From assembly GCA_038087875.1 (NCBI GenBank), contig CM075995.1:4156001-4220000 (forward strand): a stretch of DNA of 64,000 nucleotides. Direction: 5' to 3'. The DNA is from Malacoraja senta (taxonomy: Eukaryota). The notes beneath the pieces are model-generated. The model made no database searches and had not been told where the DNA came from. It saw only the letters and a program-made list of their open reading frames with translations. A program made the position numbers and the translations under genes. Of this stretch, positions 35,158 to 46,550 are shown piece by piece (positions within the stretch are counted from its first letter, which is position 1; every line of letters starts with the position of its first letter).

Positions 35158-38100
35158 ATGACAGCAGTCCCCAACGCTGTTTCAGCTAGTTGGAGACACC
35201 CGCTAAATGCTACTAAAAGTAAAATAAAGAGAATACCCCTAGAGCCTGCGAGAGCGGGGGCGGAAGATGGCTCACCGATTGATAACACGGTTACAGACCC
35301 AGGAACGGAAACGACTACTGACAAGGAGAGCATGGCACATGAGACATCCACAACAGCTGCGGGACACAAACTTCAGGTGTGCATCTGTGGTTGGGAGAAA
35401 TTAACATCAGTGAAGGGCTTGAAGATCCACCAAGGGAAGAAAAAGTGCTTGAGAGAGCAGAAATATGGGCCTCGCATTGACCAGTACTTCTTACGAAGCA
35501 ACCAGTCAAATCAGTCGAGTGAAGCACAGCGACGGGACACAAACCAAAGTTCGCAGAGCATCAGCACCCATGTCACTGAAGAGGGTGATACAAGCACAGA
35601 AATGCCGGTGGAGGAGCCCACGCAACAACTACAAAGACCTCCATTGGAGGGAAAGATCAAAGGGCACAAACCTGGAGTGAAATGGCCCAAGGCTGTTGAA
35701 AAGAAAGAGTGGGAGACGGTCAACAGTGACCTTATACATATCTTGGAGCAACAAACGGGCACAGCAGTGGAAAAGCTTGAAAGGATGGGCAACACAATCT
35801 ACAGCTATGGAGAAGAACGGTTTGGGGTGAGTAAAGGGAGAGGTGGAAAGAAATTACCAACACCAATCAAGTCCAGGAGGCAGCAGGAGATCGAGAGGCT
35901 AATCAGAGAGAGGAGACAGTTGAAAAAGCAATGGAAAAAAGCAACTGACGCAGAGAGAGAAGGTCTCATGCTACTCCAAGAGGACATCAAGAACCGATTG
36001 GCAACCTTGCGAAAAGCAGAGAACTTGAGGAAACTTCGCAAGAAGAAAGAACACACAAGAACACGGTTCTATAAAGACCCTTTCAAGTTCATCAAAGACC
36101 TCTTCGCAAAGGAAAAAAGTGGAACTTTGAAAACATCAAAACAGGAATTGGAGGAACACCTGGAAAAGGCCCACAAAGACACGAAAAGGCATGAGCAGTT
36201 GGTCATCCCACATGACATCCCGCCTATTCAACCACCTGAATTCAACATGGACACCAGCCCTCCGAGATGGAAAGAGGTGGAGAACACGGTCCGGCGAGCA
36301 AGAGCAGCTTCAGCTCCGGGGCCAAACGGAGTACCATACAAGCTCTATAAGAACGCACCAGATGTGTTACGCTTTCTATGGAAGCTCATGAGGGTGGTGT
36401 GGAAGAAGCAAACAATACCTAAGGCTTGGCGAAGGGCCGGCGGCGTGCTAATACCTAAAGAAAAGGATTCGTCAGACATCAGCCAATTCCGGCCAATATG
36501 TCTCCTCAACGTCGAGGGAAAAATCTTTTTTAGCATTGTATCACAAAGGCTGTCCACCTATCTGGTAACAAACAAGTACATTGATACATCTGTACAGAAA
36601 GCAGGAATTCCAGGATTTTCGGGTTGCTTGGAGCATACAAGCATGATCTGGCACCAGATCCAAGCAGCTAAGAAGGACAAGAGAGACCTACATGTGATCT
36701 TCCTCGATCTGGCCAATGCATTTGGTTCAGTTCCCCATGAACTCCTTTGGGAATCTTTTGCCTTTTTCCATGTACCAGAGCTCATCACCACACTGGTCAA
36801 GAAATATTACCAAGACCTGCAGCTGTGCTTCACAACAGCTGACTTCAGTACAACATGGCAGCGCTTGGAAGTAGGCATCATGGCAGGCTGCACAGTCTCA
36901 CCCTTGGCCTTTACAATGGCCATGGAAGTCATCATCAGGGCCTCAAAATGGGTGGTGGGCGGTGAACGAACCAGGGCTGGGCTCCGTCTGCCACCCATCA
37001 GGGCATACATGGACGACATGACAACACTAACCACTACTGCAGCATGCACCAAGCGGCTACTTGGAAAGCTGCAGGAGAACATCAAGTGGGCCCGAATGAA
37101 AATCAAACCAAGTAAATCTCGAAGCATCTCCATAGTCAAGGGGGTGCTTAGAGACACAAGGTTCTGTATTGGTGACGACCCAATACCAACAGTGTCTGAG
37201 CAGCCAGTTAAAAGCCTGGGAAGATGGTATAACGCAAGTCTCAAGGACAAAGAGCAGGTGCAACAACTAAGGCAAGAAATTGTCAATGGACTGGAGAACA
37301 TCAATCAGACCCTACTGCCTGGGAAACTGAAGCTCTGGTGCCTACAGTTTGGACTCCTTCCTCGGACAATGTGGCCACTGACCGTTTATGAAGCCCCAAT
37401 AACAACTGTGGAGAAGATGGAGCGAACCATAACTTCATACGTGAAGAAATGGCTCGGTGTCCCACGATGTCTAACTAACATCGGCCTCTATGGCAAAGGG
37501 GTCCTGGAACTACCTCTCACTAGTCTAACAGAGGAATATAAGTGTTCTAAAGTAAGACTCCAGATGACACTGAGGGACTCTAGAGACAAGATCATCAGTG
37601 CTGTTGCGCCGCCCCTAGCAACTGGCCGGAAGTGGACACCATCTGATGCAGTACAGCAAGCTTCATCAGCCCTGAGGCACAAAGACATAGTGGGGCAAGT
37701 CCAGCAGGGAAGAGGAGGCTTTGGCCTTACGACAAGTAAACCAACTTGGCGAAAGGCCACAACATCAGAGCGGAGGACGTTGGTGGTTGAGGAGGTGCGG
37801 CGACAGGAGGAGGCCGCAAGAAGTGCAAAGGCGGTCTCTCTTGCCAAGCAGGGGCAATGGATGCAGTGGGAAGGTGTGGAGCGGAGGAAGATCAGCTGGA
37901 AAGAACTATGGGAAATGGAAGCAAGCAAGATCAGCTTCATCATCAGAGCGACATATGACGTGCTTCCATCACCAAAGAACCTCCATCAGTGGTACGGCGA
38001 GGATCCAACCTGTGCCATCTGCCCAACTCCAGCGACCCTCAAACACATCATGGTAGGCTGCAAGACCAGCCTCACGCAAGGGAGATACACGTGGCGGCAT

Positions 38101-38694
38101 AATCAGGTACTAAAAAGCCTGCATCAGCCCTTGAGAACAGGCGGTGTGCGACAACTCCTTGCCTCCGAGAGCAAGCAACCCTCCCCTAAGGGTAATAACC
38201 TTTGTCGAGAAGGACAGAAAACTTCTAAACTTCCTTCCACCAGATCAGAAGAAGGAAGCCAATGCAGGGCCCGTGACTGGAGGATGCTGGCGGACATCGG
38301 CCGACAACTAATTTTTCCACCTGAAATTGCTTCCACCACCCTCAGGCCAGACTTGGTGTTCTGGTCCCCTTCACAGAAGACTGCTTACATCATAGAGCTC
38401 ACAGTTCCATGGGAGAACTCTGTTGAGGAGGCCTATGAGCGTAAGAAGCTGCGCTACGCAGAGCTTGCAGCAGAGGCAACGCAGCGTGGCTGGAACACCA
38501 AAGTCTATCCAGTTGAAGTGGGATGCAGAGGATTTGTTGCGTCATCTACCATCAGACTGCTGAAGGAGCTTGGAATCCACGGTCAGGCTCTGCGGAAGAC
38601 CATAAGATCACTCTCAGAGGCGGCTGAAAGAAGCAGCCGGTGGATTTGGCTCAAGCGGAAAGACCCATGCTGGGCCCCAAGTATGTCGGGGTGA
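35158..38694 (+). CDS. Retrotransposon protein (1178 aa): N-terminal Zn finger, reverse transcriptase, CCHC knuckle and restriction-like endonuclease
   Basis: CICGW…GLKIHQGKKKC; APGPNG; FRPICLLNVEGKIF; FLDLANAFGSVPH; GIMAGCTVSP; AYMDD; CAIC…HIMVGC; RHN; RPDLVFW…IIELTVPWE…ERKKLRY. The true start codon is uncertain. Confidence 0.93.
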   Translation: MTAVPNAVSASWRHPLNATKSKIKRIPLEPARAGAEDGSPIDNTVTDPGTETTTDKESMAHETSTTAAGHKLQVCICGWEKLTSVKGLKIHQGKKKCLREQKYGPRIDQYFLRSNQSNQSSEAQRRDTNQSSQSISTHVTEEGDTSTEMPVEEPTQQLQRPPLEGKIKGHKPGVKWPKAVEKKEWETVNSDLIHILEQQTGTAVEKLERMGNTIYSYGEERFGVSKGRGGKKLPTPIKSRRQQEIERLIRERRQLKKQWKKATDAEREGLMLLQEDIKNRLATLRKAENLRKLRKKKEHTRTRFYKDPFKFIKDLFAKEKSGTLKTSKQELEEHLEKAHKDTKRHEQLVIPHDIPPIQPPEFNMDTSPPRWKEVENTVRRARAASAPGPNGVPYKLYKNAPDVLRFLWKLMRVVWKKQTIPKAWRRAGGVLIPKEKDSSDISQFRPICLLNVEGKIFFSIVSQRLSTYLVTNKYIDTSVQKAGIPGFSGCLEHTSMIWHQIQAAKKDKRDLHVIFLDLANAFGSVPHELLWESFAFFHVPELITTLVKKYYQDLQLCFTTADFSTTWQRLEVGIMAGCTVSPLAFTMAMEVIIRASKWVVGGERTRAGLRLPPIRAYMDDMTTLTTTAACTKRLLGKLQENIKWARMKIKPSKSRSISIVKGVLRDTRFCIGDDPIPTVSEQPVKSLGRWYNASLKDKEQVQQLRQEIVNGLENINQTLLPGKLKLWCLQFGLLPRTMWPLTVYEAPITTVEKMERTITSYVKKWLGVPRCLTNIGLYGKGVLELPLTSLTEEYKCSKVRLQMTLRDSRDKIISAVAPPLATGRKWTPSDAVQQASSALRHKDIVGQVQQGRGGFGLTTSKPTWRKATTSERRTLVVEEVRRQEEAARSAKAVSLAKQGQWMQWEGVERRKISWKELWEMEASKISFIIRATYDVLPSPKNLHQWYGEDPTCAICPTPATLKHIMVGCKTSLTQGRYTWRHNQVLKSLHQPLRTGGVRQLLASESKQPSPKGNNLCREGQKTSKLPSTRSEEGSQCRARDWRMLADIGRQLIFPPEIASTTLRPDLVFWSPSQKTAYIIELTVPWENSVEEAYERKKLRYAELAAEATQRGWNTKVYPVEVGCRGFVASSTIRLLKELGIHGQALRKTIRSLSEAAERSSRWIWLKRKDPCWAPSMSG

Positions 38695-38764
38695 ATCTTT
38701 GGGACGGTTTGACACGGGACATGCGCTGAGGGTTGATCATCCTGCAGCGGGCCGCCCTTGTGGA

Positions 38765-38830
38765 GGGTGTATAGTGTTAAAAGGCCGAAACACCCAGTGA
38801 TGCAAGGGTACACTACTGATGATGTGTCCT
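38765..38830 (+). ncRNA. Candidate non-circularly permuted hammerhead ribozyme, 3' UTR copy
   Basis: GGGUGU-A/UAGUGU…GAAACACCC…ACACUA-CUGAUGA forms perfect 6-bp stems III and I in register with the core boxes. Stem II is weak. Confidence 0.45.
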
Positions 38831-38974
38831 GTGCCCAACTGTCCTGAAGGTTACCCCCCCCACCCCCCCCCGATGTGAGCGTCTACCACTCTCAACAATC
38901 AACGAATGTCGTGAAATGCTCCCCACCTATTGGCACAAGGGACTTCTAACATCTTGTCCTGTGTATTTGATTCT

Positions 38975-39276
38975 AGACTTTAGGGTGCAGAGGGAAACGG
39001 GCCCTTCGGCCCATCAGATCCATGCCGACCAGAGATCCCCGTACATTAGCACTATCCTATGCACTAGGGAAATTTGTACAATTTTACCAAGCCAAATAAC
39101 CTACAAACCTATACGTCTTTGGAGTGTGGGAGGAAACCGGAGAACCTGGAGAAAGCCCATGCAGGTCACAGGGAGAACGTACAAACTCCGTACAGACAGC
39201 ACCCGTAGTCAGGATTGAATCCGGGTCTTTGGCGCTGTAAGGCAACAACTCTACCGCTGCGCCACCATGCCGCCCC
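38975..39276 (-). mobile_element. HE1-type V-SINE
   Basis: Full reverse-complement copy abutting the 3' end of the HERO-like element. Confidence 0.85.
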
Positions 39277-40439
39277 TCCAATGGGCGTGTCCTATGATCT
39301 CATCTTTTATGATAACCTCTGACATTTCCCCAGAGCTAGATAGGGCTCTTAAAAATAGTGGAGTCAGGAGATATGGGGAGAAGCAAGAACGGGGTACTAA
39401 TTGGGGATGATCAGCCATGATCACATTGAATGGCGGTGCTGGCTCGAAGGGCTGAATGGCCTACTCCTGCACCTATTGTCTATTGTCTATTGTTCATAAA
39501 TTTCCTTTTCCTCTTTCTTTTTTTTAAATGACGAGTTTGCATGTGCCAATTGGCTATCTATTGTCATTAATGGTACTTTGCAAAATGATAACAAACGCAG
39601 CTAGTATTTTGTGTCAGAAGGAAATGCAGATGCTGGTTTAAACCAAATTTGTTCAACATGATTAAAACTTGCTGGTATTTTAACAGCCACCTCCATTAGT
39701 ATTCCAGAAAGAAAATTACTAGGCCCTAGGGATTTGTCCGTTTTTAAGGCCATTAAATTCTCCGGCATTGTTTTGTTATCAATACCAGCTTCCTTTGGTT
39801 TCTCGCATTCTTTGTAAAGTTGGCTCAAACAATTCCTTGAGTCATTCTCATCCTCTTGTGTGAAGATGGAACATGCACCAGGTCTATTCTCTGGATAAAC
39901 AACGTGGGAGGGATAACCTAATTAAGAACCACACTATTATGAATGGGTTTAATAAGCGGTAATGTTTTTCCATGTGGAGAGATACAATACCAGGAATTTC
40001 ATTAATAAATCCAAGAGGGATTTCAAATTACGATAAGAATATGGATCTTTCTCGCACAAAGAATGGTTGTGATGAGTAGCACTGATACATTTTAAGGTGG
40101 TGCTGGAGAAGTGGATGAGGAAGAGAGAAATGGAAGGAGATGCTGTCAGGTTGAGATTAAAATTCTTAAAGGATTGGACAGGCTAGATGCAGGAAAAATG
40201 TCCCCATGTTGGAGGAGTCCAGAATCTGGGGGTCACAGTTTAAGAATAAGGGGTAGGCCATTTAGGACTGAGATGAGGAAAACTTTTTCACCCAGAGACT
40301 TGTGAATCTGTGGAATTCTCTGCCACAGAAGGCAGTGGAGGCCAATTCACTGGATGTATTCAAGAGAGAGTTAGATTTAGCTCTCAGGGCTAAGGGAATC
40401 AAGGGATATGGGGAGAAAGTATTATTTTAGATTTTAGAT

Positions 40440-41280
40440 ATTAGATATTTATTTGTTGTCATTTGAACCTAAGTTCAAACGAAATTTGGTTTCTGCAGTC
40501 AAACAAACAAGTAAAAAGAACCAAGACACAACACAATTTACACAAACATCCATCACAGTGAATCTCCTCCTCACTGTGAAGGAAGGCAAAGTCTTGTCTC
40601 TCCCCTGCACTCCACATTCTCCTCCCGATGTCAAAGTCAAAGCCCCCGGCGGGCGATTGTAGATATGTCACGCGGCCATTAAAGCCGCGCCGGGCGATGC
40701 AAGGCCACGCTCCGGGTCTTGATGTTGTAGCCCCAGCAAGTCCCACGGCCACCAATGCCGCGCCGGGCGATGTCAGACCCCGCTCCAGGTCATCCTCAAC
40801 CCCGCAACTCGGGCGGGAGTAGCTGCCGTTGCGGGAGCCCCGAAAAGCGGTCTCCCACCATGGACCCGCGAGCTCCCGATGTTACCATCCACCAGACCTG
40901 CGGCTGAAGCCTCCGAATCTCCGGGGTCGGGTAGCAGTAGCGCGCCACCACAGCTCCTCCCGCTCCAAACTCGGCCAGCTCCACGATGGTGAGTAGTCCG
41001 CAGGCTCCGCGACTGGAGCCCCAGGTCGTTCCGGTTGGAGGCCGCTCCACGGTGCTAGGCCCCAACGACAACGGAGACCCGACAGAGAAAGGTCGGGTCT
41101 CCCGTGCAGGGAAAAGATTTTAAAAGTCCCCCCCCACCCCCCCCCCCCCCGCCCTCCCCCCCCCACACACATACCCAGTTTAAAAAAAACACTATACAAA
41201 ACTCAAACGAAACAAAAAAAAATAAAAAGACAGACAGACTGCAGAGGCCGTTGCAACGTGAGTCGCGCTGCCCTGCCACT
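40440..41280 (-). mobile_element. GC-rich non-autonomous retroelement, unclassified
   Basis: Same layout and 3' hairpin as 15845-16735; interrupts a CR1 3' end (40160-40420 and 41283-41378). Confidence 0.6.
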
Positions 41281-41829
41281 ATAGTAGGAACGGGGTACTG
41301 ATTCTGGATGATCACCCATGGCAGTGCTGGCTCTATGGGCCAAATGTCCTACTCCTACACCTATTTTGTATGTTTCTAAAAGAATGGGACGAAGCTAGTA
41401 AGAAACATTAACAACAAAGCAAACCAATTGAACGGAATATCATAGATGCTGCCTCACCAGCTGAGTCTCTCCAGCATTTTGTTAAAGAAGGAACTGCAGA
41501 TGCTGGAAAATCGAAGGTACACAAAAAAGAAGGGTTTCGGCCCGAAACGTTGCCTATTTCCTTCGCTCCATAGATGCTGCTGCACCCGCTGAGTCTCTCC
41601 AGCATTTTGTCTATCTTGTACTGTGCTGTCATTTATATTCAGTTCCATGTATCTGTAACTTTTACACGAACATATCCAGACTTGTCTCCAGACATTTGTC
41701 AAACTGTCTCATAACTTTGGTAATAGCGGATTAAAACACACTGCTCCATTGCCAGTGGACGCTAGAGTACACCTAATGCTTGATAATATTGATTTGTTTT
41801 GTGTATTAGACTTGTATTTAGTTTTCGTT

Positions 41830-42103
41830 CATTTTAGTTTCAGTTTTGAGAGATGCAGCACAGAAACGGGCCCTACGGCCCACCAAGTCCGTGCCGACCA
41901 GCGATCCCCGTACGCTAGCACTATCCAACACACTAGGGGCAATTTTCAATCTTTACCAAAGGCAATTAACTTGCAAACCTGTTTGTCTTTGGCATGTGGA
42001 GGGAGACGGTACAAACGCCGTACAGCCGGCACCCGTAGTCAGCATTGAACCCGGGTCTCTGGCACCATGAGGCAGCAACTCTACCGCTGCGCCACCGTGC
42101 CGC
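41830..42103 (-). mobile_element. HE1-type V-SINE with an internal deletion
   Basis: Reverse-complement head and tail. Confidence 0.75.
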
Positions 42104-42747
42104 TCTTCTCCCTCTTGCCAAGGAAGACTCACGTGGTCGCTGGGAAAACTTACAAAAAGTCCGTACAGACAGCACTGAAAGCAAAGTCTAAAGTATTACT
42201 TCCTATTTTTTTTGGAAGGAATTCTGTCCCTGATTTGTGTATTGGTCTTTATAACTTATTTTTTTTCAATTCTGATTATATGTTTCCTATAAATCTCTGT
42301 AAGGTGTCCTTGAGACCTCGGTATAAGGCGCCCATAAATAAAATTCATTATTATTATTATTATTTGTTCCACAGCAATCTCCTCCCATGTACTTCCACAC
42401 TTCATCAAGTATCAGTCCAGCACAATCCTGCCCCCATATCCGGCAGTAATTTACACCTCTCACTTCAGTCACTCTGATGAAATGCATTCATTCCATGAAG
42501 ACATCAGTTCAGTTCAGTTCAGTTTATCGTCACGTGTACCGAGGTTCACAGTGAAAAGCTTTCAGTCAGCAGAAAGACAATACATGATTGCATTCGAGCC
42601 ATTCGCCATAAAGAGAATACCACCGCCATCCTTCAATGGTCAGTTCCATTCCCAGGAAATAGGAGACGACACAGGCCCAAGAAAGTGGGAACGGAAAGTG
42701 GGAAATAACAACGTTCCTTCACAAATCTCAAAGATGACAGCATGACA

Positions 42748-43060
42748 GGGCGGCACGGTGGCACAGCGGTAGAGTTGCTGCCTTACAGTGCTTGTAGTGC
42801 CGGAGACCCGGGTTCGACCCTGACTACAGGTGCTGTCTGTACAGATCTCCCCGAGATCTGCGTGGGTTTTCTCCGAAATCTTTGTCTTCCTACCACATTC
42901 AAAAGGCGTACAGGTTTGTTGGTTAATTGGTTTATAATAAATGTAAATTGTCCCTAGTGTGTAGAATAGTGTTAATGAGCGGGGATCGCTGGTTGGTGCG
43001 GACTCAGTGGGCTGAAGGGCCTGTTTCCGCACTGTATCTCTAAACTAAACTAAACAAAAC
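42748..43060 (+). mobile_element. HE1-type V-SINE
   Basis: GGGCGGCACGGTGGCACAGCGG head, GGTTCGACCC B-box and (TAAAC)n tail. Confidence 0.85.
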
Positions 43061-44686
43061 CTGAAGAAGATAGTGCTGGATATCAGTGGCAGGTCAACAT
43101 TCCTGGCCAGTGGAGATATCAACCTTAAACAGAATTGAATAAAATGAACAGACATGTCAGCAACAATCAGGACTTGATTTCAATTGGGAATGAGGAAAGA
43201 TAATCTTCAAAATGATGGGATGTCAGAACCAATTCACATCCTTTATGTCCAACAGATGTTTCATCTTCTTCTTTCGTGTCCATGTTCCATGTTTCAAATG
43301 TTGACATCGCTGTCATCGTCCGTCCTGAAAAGGACTCTAGCTTCTGGCGACAATCAGTGGGAGCCATCACTTGTTGCAATAGATGATGGCGGTAGCAGAA
43401 TTAGCTCAGGATACATCCAGTTTCCAGCCCCATGACGTGGACGCTTCTGATATGGGGCCGTGAATGTGTAGGAAGGAACTGCAGATGCTGGTTTACACTG
43501 AAGATAGACACAAAATGCTGGAGTATCTCAACGGGTCAGGTAGCATCTCTGGAGAAAAGGAACATGGACCCTTCTTCAGATTGGAGGTCTGGAGATTTCA
43601 TGAATGTAGCAAGAGTATGACTTGAGTATCAGCAAGGGACTGACTCATTGACAGTCATTAAAGGAGAGAGCGTAACTAATAAATTCAACAAGGAATTCAG
43701 GAGAAATAATTTAATGTAGAAAATGTAGAGGATGAGGAACTTGCTGCAACGTGTAGAAGATAAAATGATTAGCATAAGTACGTTCAAAGCAGGTTAATTA
43801 ACTAAGGAAAAAAGGAATTAAAGATATGCAGATACGAATGGAGGTAGGGTAAGAGTAAGCTCCAGTGGGATATAATGGGATACAGCAACTAAAGGCTGAG
43901 GTGGCCAATGGATATTTTTAAGGCAGAGGTGGATAGATTCTTGATTAGTGCAGGTGTCAGGGGTTATGGGGAGAAGGCAGGAGAATGGGGTTAGTTAGAT
44001 CAGCCATAATTGAATGGCGGAGTAGATTTGATGGGCCGAATGGCCTAATCCGGCTCGTATTACATATGAACATAAATATTGGCTATGCAAGAATTTAGTG
44101 AGATCACACGATGAGGGCATTGTTCACGTTTCCATATACTTACATAGATTACATAGATTACATAGAAAATAGTAAGATTAAACGAGAACTTACCAGTTGG
44201 AAGTTTGATCTGTATTTTATGAGGAGTTACAATGAGGGATTACGTGAAGAACCCGTCCAGCACGCATGCGCGACATACTTCAAAGCAGCGGTGTGGAATC
44301 ACAGGGAACACAATAATTGAAATAAACATAGTAAAGAAAAGGAGAACTAAGATACCAGTTGATCTCTATAATTGAGGGTGGGAGCGGAGGGCACGTAATC
44401 CCTCATCGTAACTCCTCATAAAATACAGATCAAACTTCAAACTGGTAAGCTCGTTTAATCTTACTATTTTACTTCGGAGTCACGTGAGTGACTAAGTGAA
44501 GATTTTAAAGCTCTGTGATTTCAAATCGTGTAACAGTTCATACTTCACTCGCTGCCGAAGTCATTCAAGGGAGGAAGTATGTTATTGTAATCAACCATGA
44601 ATCTGTTTGTAAAACAATAATGGTATTTATTAAACAATAACAAAAGAAAAATGCTCCCCCGGGCTTAAATTATATATTTGCAGATT

Positions 44687-45656
44687 CTAAACTCTTTCTG
44701 CAAATAATACAGGTTCTGCTAGCGGCTTATTGTAGAATGTTTGGAACGTTTTCTCCATGGACCATCCCGCTGTAGCCAGGATGTGGTCCAGTGGAACGTC
44801 CATCCTTTTAGCCGCCAATGTGGATGCTGCCCTGGTGGAGTGAGATGTATATACATCAGTATCTACTCCAGCAGCTCCCAGTACCTGCTTGAGCCATCTT
44901 GAGATAGTTTGGCTCGACACCCGACCATGAGGTTTCTTGTGGCTGACCCATAAGGCTTTTTCTCTCCCTCGGGAATCTCTTGTTGTGGTGATGTAAGTGA
45001 GTAAGTGAGTCATTACACGTAACCGTGGGTCAGGTGGGTATGCCCGGAAATCCATAACTAGGCCTGAAGTTCCTGGCCTGCTCTGCTTTACCAGCTCCTG
45101 AATGGTGAATGAGACACGGTCTGGTGTTATAACCATGTTGTCCAGTCGCAGTAAGTGGAGGGACTGGACTATTTGTGCTGAGACTAGTGCCATCAGCATG
45201 ACCGTTTTCAGGGTTAGCTGTTCCAGGGTGAGAGACCTGGCTGGTGACCATCCCCTTAGGTATGTCAGGACCACACTGACATCCCAGATTTGGGTGTACC
45301 TAGCTCTAGGTGGGGTTGGAGTTGAATATAGCCCTCATGAGTTTGATCACCAGCGGGTGAGACCCTATGGCCTGTTGTCCTGGTGCCTGTTTTAAGTAGG
45401 CCGACAGAGCACTTCTGGCAGTATTGATGGCGCTGTAGCTCAGTCCTTCATTATGGTGAAGGCCGGCCAGGAACTCCAGTACATTGGTTATGGTTGTAGA
45501 TGAATATGTTGTCCCAGTATTCGAGCAGTATCTTTCCCACTTCCTGATGCTCAATAGGTATTGTTTCCTGGTGGACATACGGTGGGACGCTGTCATCATG
45601 TTGATGGTCCTGTCAGACAATCCCAGGCCCAGCAGTAGTCTTTTCATAATCTGCAA
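44687..45656 (-). pseudogene. DIRS tyrosine recombinase, frameshifted
   Basis: SAM-like LSYSAINTARSALS; QTISRWLK…HSTRAAS…ILATAGWS…TFQTFY, the catalytic H-x-x-R/W/Y set. Confidence 0.88.
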
Positions 45657-46550
45657 CCCAGTAGGTTAATTTTGTCATGACATGGATGACTTATGCCTGA
45701 TACCGGGTGAGTCAATAGGTCTGGGCTACTCGGAAAGGTCATAGGAGTTTCGATGACCATGTCGAGGACCACTGGGAACCATGGCTGTGTAGGCCAGTCG
45801 GGTACTATCAAAATACCTGAAACAGAGTCCAGCTGTATTTTGCGTAGTACCCGACTGATGAGGCAGAAGGGGGGAAAGGCATAAAAGAAATAGTTTCCCC
45901 AGTCCAGCGCGAATGCATCTATCGCTGCTGCCTCAGGGTCTGATTCCCAAGTGACATACATTGGTACCTGGTGATTTAGTCTGGATGCAAAGAGATCGAT
46001 ATCTGGTGTGCCATATTGCTTTGTAATTTTAGCAAATGCTTTAGGATTTAACATCCATTCGGTGTTATCATTGAATTTGCGTGACCTGGTGGTGTCTGCC
46101 ACTGTATTTAGCTTAGCTGGTAGGTAAGTTGCTGATAACCAAATATGTCTATCGACACACCATTGCCAGATTATGTTGACCAAATTGTCACATGATATCG
46201 AATTTATTCCGCCCATATGGTTAATATAGGCCACCACCGTGGTATTATCAATCTGTAAACGAACATGCAAATGGTGCATATTCGTAGAATATGCTTTTAA
46301 ACCATAAAACGCACCCAACATTTCCAAATAATTTATGCCCAGTGTCTGTAGTAAAGATGATTCTAGGTTAGTCCATCTACCACCTGTGCTGGATATGGTA
46401 TTAGTTGCTCCCCAGCCTTGAGCACTGGCATCTGTTTGTATAGTTAACGTTGGGTATATTGATAATGATAGGGCTGGAACTATGCCAAATGTGCTCTATC
46501 CACCATTGTAACTCTGGTATTGCTTCAATGGGTAATTTCATGGTTCGGTC
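45644..46550 (-). pseudogene. DIRS RNase H and DNA N6-adenine methyltransferase-like domain
   Basis: LQIDNTTVVAYINHMGG…NTVAD; DIDLFASRLN…YAFPPF…VPDWPTQPWF. Confidence 0.85.

Larger units (their letters stand above)
34436..38974 (+). mobile_element. HERO-like (R2-group, REL endonuclease) non-LTR retrotransposon with duplicated 3' end
   Basis: Single long ORF. 34436-35026 is essentially identical to 38389-38974, differing only by homopolymer-length changes. Confidence 0.9.

Noticed and set aside
35137..35215. HDV-like ribozyme in the 5' leader (GCTAA resembles J4/2)
   Set aside because: I could not build convincing P1, P1.1, P3 and L3 elements by eye; left to an Infernal/RNArobo search.
35148..38813. 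Many antisense and alternate-frame ORFs over the HERO-like ORF
   Set aside because: Shadows of the real reading frame with no recognisable motifs.
34436..38974. Calling this an LTR retrotransposon because of its direct repeats
   Set aside because: The repeats include coding sequence and lack TG…CA ends, PBS and PPT. The protein has a non-LTR RT and REL endonuclease, with no protease or integrase.
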